From an uncultured bacterium (GTDB lineage Bacteria > Fidelibacterota > Marinisomatia > Marinisomatales > UBA1611): a stretch of DNA of 15,171 nt. The DNA is taken from positions 1-15,171 of the forward strand of contig CALSPG010000011.1 in the NCBI GenBank assembly GCA_943788175.1, read 5' to 3'. This document shows positions 8,213-15,171 of this stretch, one piece after another (the first letter of the stretch is position 1; each line of letters starts with the position of its first letter). The notes below the pieces were generated by a model. It was not told the DNA's origin. It did no database searches and saw only the letters and a program-made list of their open reading frames with translations. Position numbers and translations under genes: made by a program.

Positions 8213-9294
8213 GTATTTTTTTCTATAACGATTTTTGGAAATTTACTTGTATGATCCTCGCTATAATCTGCAACCTTAGCGGCCATTTTCATTGCTACTT
8301 CAGAAAAAATCTTTGTAATAGGGGAGTTATGATCATTAACGACTGTCGGTTTTCCATCATCTAAGTCTTCTCTTATTTTTATATCAAGTGGAAGACTGCC
8401 TAAAAGATCGACATCGTAATCTTTGCTCATTCTAGCTCCACCATCCTTTCCAAATATATGCTCCTCATTATTACATTTAGAGCATATATGGATTGCCATA
8501 TTTTCTATAATACCGAGAATTGGTACATTAACCTTTTCAAACATTTTCAAACCCCTTCTGGCATCAAGCAGTGAAATATCCTGGGGTGTTGTTACAATAA
8601 TTGCTCCGGTTACTGGAATTTTTTGTGCCAACGTAAGCTGTATATCCCCAGTCCCAGGTGGAAGGTCAATTAATAAATAATCAAGATTGTTCCATTTTGT
8701 TTCTCTTAATAATTGCTCAAGTGTTGATGTAACCATTGGCCCTCTCCAGACCATGGGTGTTTCCTGGTCAACTAAAAAACCAATAGACATGATTTGAATA
8801 TTGTGAGCTTTTATGGGATCCATTGTTTTACCGTCAGAACTACTTGGTTTTTGATTTATACCAAACATTGTTGGCTGACTGGGTCCATAAATATCAGCAT
8901 CTAGTATGCCTACATTTGCCCCTTCAGCTGAAAGGGCTAATGCCAAGTTTGCCGTGGCCGTTGATTTACCAACTCCACCCTTTCCAGAAGCTATCGCGAT
9001 GATATTTTTTACATTTGGTAAGGTTTCTACACCTGTTTGTACTTTATGTGATTGAACTTTAGTAGATATATTTATATTTATTTTATTCTTTGTGAAATCT
9101 TTTATACCTTCAAGAAGTATATTTTTAAATTCTTCGATTTTAGTTTCAGCATAAAAACCTAATTGCAGATCAATTTGAACATGATCTCCCGCACATTCAA
9201 TTTTTTTTATTGATTTTTCGGTGATGATTTGTTTATTTAAAATAGGAAAACTCATATCTTTTATGTAGTCTTCTATTTTTTTTTCTATTTCCAT
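8209..9294 (-). CDS. apbC: Fe-S cluster carrier ATPase ApbC/Mrp
   Basis: IASGKGGVGKST deviant Walker A, LDADIYGPS, MVWRGPM, DLPPGTGDIQLT, VTTPQD and ENM..CSKC; divergent from metG. Confidence 0.95.
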   Translation of the reverse strand: MEIEKKIEDYIKDMSFPILNKQIITEKSIKKIECAGDHVQIDLQLGFYAETKIEEFKNILLEGIKDFTKNKININISTKVQSHKVQTGVETLPNVKNIIAIASGKGGVGKSTATANLALALSAEGANVGILDADIYGPSQPTMFGINQKPSSSDGKTMDPIKAHNIQIMSIGFLVDQETPMVWRGPMVTSTLEQLLRETKWNNLDYLLIDLPPGTGDIQLTLAQKIPVTGAIIVTTPQDISLLDARRGLKMFEKVNVPILGIIENMAIHICSKCNNEEHIFGKDGGARMSKDYDVDLLGSLPLDIKIREDLDDGKPTVVNDHNSPITKIFSEVAMKMAAKVADYSEDHTSKFPKIVIEKNT

Positions 9295-9342
9295 TTTACG
9301 ATTCCATTTCTAAGGTTTTATAATGTGTATTAGCATTTTGTT

Positions 9343-9351
9343 TGCTAGAAT
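9343..9351 (+). promoter_or_regulatory. Candidate extended -10 promoter for metG
   Basis: TGcTAGAAT matches TGnTAnnnT. A second TAGAAT copy lies at 9361-9366. Confidence 0.4.
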
Positions 9352-9380
9352 AATGGATTATAGAATAATTTTTCCATCTA

Positions 9381-11045
9381 ATGCGTAAACTTCTTGTTAC
9401 TTCTGCTCTTCCTTATGCCAATGGCAGCATTCACCTAGGCCATTTGGTAGAATATATCCAGACTGATATTTGGGTTCGTTATCAAAAGATGTCAGGCAAC
9501 GAAACATATTACATATGTGCGGATGATACGCACGGCACGCCAATAATGCTTAAAGCAGAAGAAGAAAAAATTTCACCAGATGAGTTAGTCAAAAAAGTGC
9601 ATCAAGAACATGATTTAGATTTTAAAGAGTTTAATGTGAATTTCGATCATTTTTATTCTACAAATTCAATTGAAAATAAGGAGTTATCCGAGTCTATTTA
9701 TAATGAATTAAATGACAACGGTAAGATTTTATCGAAGGACATTGATCAGTTTTTTGATGAATCAAAACAAATGTTTTTACCTGATAGATTTATAAAGGGT
9801 GTGTGTCCTAAATGTAAGGCAGAGGATCAATATGGAGATTCATGTGAAAAATGCGGGGCGACTTATAGCCCAACAGACTTAATAAATGCATATTCAGTTC
9901 TTTCAGGGACAAAGCCTATTAAAAAGAAAACGCTTCACTACTTTTTCAAGCTCTCTGAATGTGCAGAATTTTTAAAGGGATGGATAGAAAATGACACCCT
10001 TCAACCCGAGGCTGTAAATAAGCTCAAGGAATGGTTTGAAATGGGTCTTCAGGATTGGGATATAACTCGTGATGCGCCATATTTTGGATTTGAGATTCCT
10101 AATGCGCCTGGTAAATATTTTTATGTATGGTTAGATGCCCCGATAGGTTATATGGCTAGTTTTAAGAAATTTGCTGAAATGAACAATTTGTCGTTCGATG
10201 AATTTTGGAAAAAAGGAAGCTCAACAGAATTAATTCATTTTATTGGTAAGGATATTTTATATTTCCATGCACTTTTTTGGCCAGCGACTTTAAATTACTC
10301 AAACCATAGAACGCCTACTAAAATATTTACGCATGGATTTTTAACGGTTAACGGTGAGAAGATGTCAAAGTCCAGAGGCACATTTATAACAGCAAGGAGT
10401 TATCTTGAGCACATAAAAGACCCAAATTTTCTAAGGTATTACTATGCTACAAAATTAAATTCTTCAATGGAAGACCTAGATTTAAATCTCGAAGACTTTG
10501 TTGCTAAAAATAATAGTGATTTAATTGGAAAATTTATAAATATTCCTAGTCGAACATCAGGGTTTGTAGGTAAATTTTTCAATCATAAGCTTATGCCATC
10601 GGCTTCAATAAAGTCTGAAGAGGGACTTGCGATATTAAAAAAAATTAAGGATGCCAAAAAGATTATAGATGAACACTATGAAGCTAGAGAATACAGCAAA
10701 TTAGTGAAATTTATTATGCAGTTAATTGAGGAGATAAATGAATATATCAGTAAAACTGAGCCTTGGAAGTTAGCAAAAGAGGAAGGACAATTAAAAGATG
10801 ATTCATCTTTGCATGAGATTTGTTCGGTTTGCCTTAAATCTTTTAGATCACTTTCAATATTCTTGACGCCAATCATTCCTAATCTTTGTGAAAAAATTGC
10901 TGCTTTTTATGACGAAGAATCTTTCAATAGTTTTAATTTAATTGAAGATGACGTATTAAAAATTAAATCTTATAAGCATCTTTTAAAGAGAATAGAGCAA
11001 GACTCAATTGATTCGATGGTTTCATCCAATAGGGCAGAAGAGTAA
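9381..11045 (+). CDS. metG: Methionyl-tRNA synthetase (short form, no C-terminal tRNA-binding domain)
   Basis: ALPYANGSIHLGH (HIGH motif), CPKC..CEKC zinc knuckle, YVWLDAPIGY, FIGKDILYFH and KMSKS. Confidence 0.98.
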   Translation: MRKLLVTSALPYANGSIHLGHLVEYIQTDIWVRYQKMSGNETYYICADDTHGTPIMLKAEEEKISPDELVKKVHQEHDLDFKEFNVNFDHFYSTNSIENKELSESIYNELNDNGKILSKDIDQFFDESKQMFLPDRFIKGVCPKCKAEDQYGDSCEKCGATYSPTDLINAYSVLSGTKPIKKKTLHYFFKLSECAEFLKGWIENDTLQPEAVNKLKEWFEMGLQDWDITRDAPYFGFEIPNAPGKYFYVWLDAPIGYMASFKKFAEMNNLSFDEFWKKGSSTELIHFIGKDILYFHALFWPATLNYSNHRTPTKIFTHGFLTVNGEKMSKSRGTFITARSYLEHIKDPNFLRYYYATKLNSSMEDLDLNLEDFVAKNNSDLIGKFINIPSRTSGFVGKFFNHKLMPSASIKSEEGLAILKKIKDAKKIIDEHYEAREYSKLVKFIMQLIEEINEYISKTEPWKLAKEEGQLKDDSSLHEICSVCLKSFRSLSIFLTPIIPNLCEKIAAFYDEESFNSFNLIEDDVLKIKSYKHLLKRIEQDSIDSMVSSNRAEE

Positions 11046-11046
11046 A

Positions 11047-11739
11047 TTAATTGTTTAACTGATTGTGCAGCCTAAGTAATGCTTCCTGAGGATTTATATC
11101 GCCTGTAATAGGCCTACCAATAACTAAAATATCAGAGCCAAAATTAACTGCATCAATTGGGTTTGCAGCTCGCTTTTGGTCGTCATTATTTATTTTATCC
11201 AGCCTTATCCCAGGTGTAATAAACATAAAATTATTTGGAAGATACTGACGAATATTAGGTATGTCTGGGGCTGCACAAACTATGCCATCAAGACCACTTT
11301 CTGCGGCGTTTATAGCCAGTTTTTTTACGCAGTCATCAACTGAGCCAGTCAGGCCTACTTCTGTCATAAAATTTATATCATGACTTGTTAATAGTGTAAC
11401 TCCAATCAATTTTATTTGTTGATTAGAAACAGCATTTTTGGCTGCTGACATCATTTCTTTACCACCCAGTGAGTGAACATTTATTATGTCTACATTCAAC
11501 CTTGCAGCTGCCTCACATGCTTTCACAACGGTATTGGGAATGTCGTGAAACTTTAAGTCTAGAAATACTTCAAATCCTTCACTTTTAACCCACTGGACAA
11601 TTTCTGGCCCGCAGGAAGTAAACAGCTCTTTACCAATTTTTATTCCACAATATTTATTATTAAGTTGACCTATTAATTTTTTAGCATTTTCTATTGAGTG
11701 TGTATCAATTGCTACAAAAATATCAGTTTTTTTGGTCAT
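11047..11739 (-). CDS. pyrF: Orotidine 5'-phosphate decarboxylase
   Basis: VAID, KIGKEL, FLDLKFHDIPNTV, GVTLLTS, TPGIR, DDQKR and VIGRPIT motifs. Confidence 0.97.
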   Translation of the reverse strand: MTKKTDIFVAIDTHSIENAKKLIGQLNNKYCGIKIGKELFTSCGPEIVQWVKSEGFEVFLDLKFHDIPNTVVKACEAAARLNVDIINVHSLGGKEMMSAAKNAVSNQQIKLIGVTLLTSHDINFMTEVGLTGSVDDCVKKLAINAAESGLDGIVCAAPDIPNIRQYLPNNFMFITPGIRLDKINNDDQKRAANPIDAVNFGSDILVIGRPITGDINPQEALLRLHNQLNN

Positions 11740-11743
11740 CTAT

Positions 11744-12916
11744 CTAATTTTCTAAAGTAATATCAATTGGTTCTGATGGGAGTGACTCCCATGCATTACA
11801 GCCTGGACATTGCCAATGAAATTGCTTTGCTTTAAAGCCACATTGATTGCAATTAAAAAATCTTCTTTCGCCAATTGAATTTTTAACAGTTTGCTGAATT
11901 AGTTCAATACTTTCAATTTCGTTTGTTTTTTTTATGGTGAGGACTTGAAATAAATGGTCGAGAGAAAATAGGCTTGGCCTTTGTATTAATTCATTTCGTG
12001 CTATTTCTTCTGCTCTTTCAACTCCCTCATTTTTTAATACAAGATCGTAAAGTGAGTTAAGAATTGTTCTAAGTTTATATAGGTCATAGTATCTTGAAAG
12101 TATAGATAGTGCTTCATTTATGTTATTTTGTGTTTCATAAACAGAAATAATTTTTTGCATGACCAACCCAAGATATTCTGGTTGTTGGTACTCAATTTTT
12201 TTCCAATATAGGATAGCATCATCATATTTTTTTTCTTCATAAGCAATATCTCCAAGCAGTATATTAGCGCGCACACAATTTTTAGATTCTTCAAGTGCTT
12301 TCTTAAGATATGTTCTTGCTAGGCCATATTTTTTGTTCATAAGGTTATTTGTAGCTAATTCACAAAAATAATGACTTATTGCAATTCTGAAGGATACTCC
12401 AGAAATTTTCTCTAAGTCAGATGCAGAATCGATTGCTTTATCCCAATCTCTTTCCCTAACGTATATTTCTCTTAGTAAATTTAAAGAGTATTGGTAATAT
12501 TTTTCATTTTTGAGTTCTCTTAATATAGATTCACTTCTGCCATAAAGCCCAGCCATGAAATAGTCTTGAGCCAATTCAGCTTTTATTGAGTCCTCTTGTT
12601 CAGCAGAAATTTCTCTTTTATTTAATAGGGCAATGTGTAGGTTTATTGCTTTGTCATACTTACCCTCTCGTCTTAAAACTGAACCAAGGGCAAAATGTAT
12701 TTCTAGGGAATCATTTTTTAATTTGACCGCTTTTTCAAGTTCAGTTATGGCGTTCTCATTTTGATTAGAGTTGAGATATGAGAGTGCTTTAAAGAGGGAG
12801 GCTGGAAGATCTGTGCTTTCCGAAATGATCTGTTTAATATCAACACGAGCAGAGACCCACCCTAGGATAAAGAATAAAGGTATAACTAATAACCACCAAA
12901 ATTCAAATTCGATCAT
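11744..12916 (-). CDS. lapB: Lipopolysaccharide assembly protein B (YciM)
   Basis: N-terminal TM segment (FWWLLVIPLFFILGW), TPR-like repeats (ELAQDYFMAGLYGRSE, HYFCELA, CVRANILLG) and C-terminal rubredoxin-like CNQCGF..WQCPGC; lies between ihfB and pyrF. Confidence 0.93.
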   Translation of the reverse strand: MIEFEFWWLLVIPLFFILGWVSARVDIKQIISESTDLPASLFKALSYLNSNQNENAITELEKAVKLKNDSLEIHFALGSVLRREGKYDKAINLHIALLNKREISAEQEDSIKAELAQDYFMAGLYGRSESILRELKNEKYYQYSLNLLREIYVRERDWDKAIDSASDLEKISGVSFRIAISHYFCELATNNLMNKKYGLARTYLKKALEESKNCVRANILLGDIAYEEKKYDDAILYWKKIEYQQPEYLGLVMQKIISVYETQNNINEALSILSRYYDLYKLRTILNSLYDLVLKNEGVERAEEIARNELIQRPSLFSLDHLFQVLTIKKTNEIESIELIQQTVKNSIGERRFFNCNQCGFKAKQFHWQCPGCNAWESLPSEPIDITLEN

Positions 12917-12924
12917 ATGTTTTC

Positions 12925-12968
12925 AAAAAAAAACATATTCAAATATGTAAAAAATGAATATGTTTTTT
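12925..12968 (-). terminator. Candidate intrinsic terminator/attenuator after ihfB
   Basis: Perfect 14-bp inverted repeat AAAAAACATATTCA (12928-12941) / TGAATATGTTTTTT (12955-12968). On the - strand the 3' arm runs into a 9-T tract. The stem is very AU-rich. Confidence 0.5.
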
Positions 12969-12984
12969 ATAAATTACACTAATA

Positions 12985-13263
12985 TTATTTATCAACTTTT
13001 ATTTTTAATTCTTTACCAGGTTTGAAATGCGGTACAAATTTTTCAGGTACATTGACTTTTTCACCTGTTTTTGGATTTCTTCCGAGCCTAGCTGGCCTAT
13101 GATTTAGACTAAAGCTTCCAAAACCCCTGATCTCAACTCTACCACCATTACTTAAAGTATTGCCAAGTGAATCAATAATTGTTTTTACAGAAAGCTCTGC
13201 GTCCTTGTGGACGAGCTGTGAAAACTTTTCAGAAAGTTGTGTTATTAATTCAGATTTAGTCAT
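12985..13263 (-). CDS. ihfB: Integration host factor beta subunit
   Basis: [27 protein letters not shown] and [16 protein letters not shown] overlap with the rpsA stop. Confidence 0.97.
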   Translation of the reverse strand: MTKSELITQLSEKFSQLVHKDAELSVKTIIDSLGNTLSNGGRVEIRGFGSFSLNHRPARLGRNPKTGEKVNVPEKFVPHFKPGKELKIKVDK

Positions 13264-14741
13264 TATTTTTTATCATCAAGTTTAGCTTTCAATAAAGCAC
13301 CTAAGTTTGTCGTTCCTGCATTTTCTGGAGCATCAGTTTTTTTCTTTGTTTCTTTTTTTGGTTGCTCTTTAACTTCTATTTTTTTATCAGCATTAGGGTC
13401 CTCTGATAATTGTTTAATACCTAGAGAAATTCTTTCTTTATCTACATCAATTGAAAGGATGACCGACTCAACTTCATCACCTCTTTTGTAATTTTTTAAA
13501 GCTGCTTCTTGATCTGACCATGCAATATCAGAGAGATGTATCAGGCCATCAATATCTCCTGGCAAACCTATAAACACCCCAAAGTCAGTAATAGATTTAA
13601 TATTACCTTTAATTTTGTCATCTTTATTATTACTGTTTGCAAAAATATCCCATGGGTTATCTTTACACTGTTTCATCCCCAATGATAATCTTCTTCTATC
13701 TTCATCAATTTCAAGTATCATCACTTCAACCTCATCACCCAATTGAACTGCCTTAGATGGATGAATGTTTTTATTTGTCCAATCCATTTCAGAAACATGA
13801 ACCAAACCTTCAATTCCTGTTTCAATTTCAATGAAAGCACCGTAATCAGTTAGATTTGAAACCTTTCCAAAAACTTTTGTTTTAACTGGGCTTCTTCTCG
13901 ATAACCCAACCCAAGGATCTTCGTCAAGTTGTTTTAAACCAAGTGAAACTCTATTTTTGTCTTTATCAAATTTCAATACTCTGGCATCAATTTCGTCACC
14001 TATATTAAGTATTTCGGATGGGTGTTTAATTCTTTTCCATGCTAAGTCAGTTATGTGTAACAAACCATCAATCCCACCCAAGTCTACAAATGCACCATAA
14101 TCTGTAATATTCTTAACGATACCTTTAACTACAGATCCTTCTTTAAGGGTCTCAATCAATGCTTCTAGGTCGACGCCACTTTGACCTTCTAATACTGCCT
14201 TACGTGAAACAACAACATTATTTCTTTTTCTGTCGATTTTAATTACTTTTAATTCACATTCTTTATTTTCAAAGGGTGTTGTATCCTTAATCGGTCGAAT
14301 GTCTACAAGAGACCCAGGTAAAAAGGCCATAATCCCATTTACAGTAACTCTCAAACCACCTTTTACTTTACTGCTTACGTATCCAGTCACAATTCTTGAT
14401 TCTTCCATTGCATCTTCAAGATCGAGCCATGCCTGCATTTCTTTGGCTCTTGCTCTCGATAAAAGTGTTGACCCATAACCATCCTCTAATTTTTCAATAG
14501 ATACTTTTACATGGTCACCAACACTTACCTCAACATCACCTTTATCATCTAGAAATTCATCTGTTTTAATTAAGCTTTCTGACTTTAAACCTGCATTTAC
14601 AATTACAAAGTCACTATCTATTGAAATAACTTCTGCAGTGATTACTTCACCTTGACGCATTTCTTTGAGTGCCATACTTTCTTCGAATAGATCAGCGAAA
14701 CTTTCAGATGATTTTTGGGTTGTTTTTTCTAGAGTTGCCAT
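13263..14741 (-). CDS. rpsA: 30S ribosomal protein S1 (five S1 domains)
   Basis: [10 protein letters not shown] start; repeated S1 motifs ([63 protein letters not shown]); cmk-rpsA-ihfB synteny. Confidence 0.97.
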   Translation of the reverse strand: MATLEKTTQKSSESFADLFEESMALKEMRQGEVITAEVISIDSDFVIVNAGLKSESLIKTDEFLDDKGDVEVSVGDHVKVSIEKLEDGYGSTLLSRARAKEMQAWLDLEDAMEESRIVTGYVSSKVKGGLRVTVNGIMAFLPGSLVDIRPIKDTTPFENKECELKVIKIDRKRNNVVVSRKAVLEGQSGVDLEALIETLKEGSVVKGIVKNITDYGAFVDLGGIDGLLHITDLAWKRIKHPSEILNIGDEIDARVLKFDKDKNRVSLGLKQLDEDPWVGLSRRSPVKTKVFGKVSNLTDYGAFIEIETGIEGLVHVSEMDWTNKNIHPSKAVQLGDEVEVMILEIDEDRRRLSLGMKQCKDNPWDIFANSNNKDDKIKGNIKSITDFGVFIGLPGDIDGLIHLSDIAWSDQEAALKNYKRGDEVESVILSIDVDKERISLGIKQLSEDPNADKKIEVKEQPKKETKKKTDAPENAGTTNLGALLKAKLDDKK

Positions 14742-14839
14742 TTTATATTTTATATACCTTCATTTGATCTCATCTAGCGATGAGCTTATTAAAAAAAACC
14801 TAATAAATTTGGTGTCTATTAGATCACTTAGTTTTTTTA
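14742..14839 (-). promoter_or_regulatory. Structured rpsA leader / cmk-rpsA spacer
   Basis: Hairpin CTCATC-(4 nt)-GATGAG at 14769-14784. A second stem CTAATA/TATTAG (14800-14805/14817-14822) is followed by a T8 tract on the - strand. An AU-rich stretch precedes the ATG with no well-placed SD. Confidence 0.5.
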
Positions 14840-15171
14840 TTACTCTTTACCTTTTATTATCTCCATTACTTTTTCAAACGACTGGTTTATGCTTAAATTA
14901 TCGGTTTTAATTAAATAAGCATCTTTAGCAGTCTTAAGAGGTGATATTTTTCTGTTAGTATCACTTTCATCTCTTAATTTAATTCTCTCAATTAGGTCGG
15001 ACAGATTAACATTGTTCTCCTTTAATATCAACTGTTTATATCTTCTATTCGCACGCTCTTCTATGCTAGCAGTAAGGAAAATTTTAACTTTAGCCTCTGG
15101 GAAAACTACCGTTCCCATGTCTCGGCCGTCAGCTACCAGTCCAGGTGGTTTAAAGAAAGACTTTTGGAGTC
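14840..15171 (-). CDS. cmk: Cytidylate kinase, 3' part (runs off the window edge)
   Basis: The frame stays open beyond the ORF-track start: [48 protein letters not shown]. Lies directly upstream of rpsA. Confidence 0.95.
   Translation of the reverse strand, partial: LQKSFFKPPGLVADGRDMGTVVFPEAKVKIFLTASIEERANRRYKQLILKENNVNLSDLIERIKLRDESDTNRKISPLKTAKDAYLIKTDNLSINQSFEKVMEIIKGKE

Noticed and set aside
89-14910. Short alternative-frame ORFs (89-382, 792-992, 1609-1833, 4595-4888, 7100-7327, 7888-8112, 8423-8680, 10676-10876, 14665-14910)
   Set aside because: All lie antisense to well-supported genes, show no recognisable motifs, and look like shadow ORFs.
15116-15118. ORF-track start of cmk at Met (92 aa)
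   Set aside because: This Met belongs to the internal DGRDMGT motif. The frame is open to the window edge, so the gene is cut by the window rather than short.
1-15171. CRISPR arrays, tRNA/rRNA genes, IS elements, riboswitches
   Set aside because: All intergenic spaces are 124 bp or shorter, and none shows spaced repeats, cloverleaf structure, terminal inverted repeats or a recognisable aptamer consensus.

Overview
A very compact, AT-rich (roughly one-third GC by eye) housekeeping region of a betaproteobacterial chromosome. Gene content and protein signatures suggest a streamlined Methylophilaceae such as the OM43 clade or Methylopumilus; this taxonomic call is inference. Gene order: 3' end of an upstream CDS, hom-thrC-thyA-folA (+); an AdoMetDC/SpeD-like pyruvoyl decarboxylase, dcd, zwf and gnd (-); pgl (+); apbC/mrp (-); metG (+); pyrF, lapB, ihfB, rpsA and partial cmk (-). 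I found no mobile element, CRISPR array, tRNA or rRNA. The most interesting feature is the 119-aa SpeD homologue downstream of dcd. It keeps all self-processing residues but lacks the adenosyl-binding Trp/Glu and has no speE partner in the window. It may be a neofunctionalised pyruvoyl ornithine/arginine decarboxylase occupying the position of the large PLP-dependent decarboxylase of related betaproteobacteria. Other points: the zwf-gnd/pgl block lies between apbC and dcd, ribosomal protein S1 has only five domains, MetG lacks its C-terminal domain, lapA is absent upstream of lapB, and competing hairpins overlap the lapB start codon.
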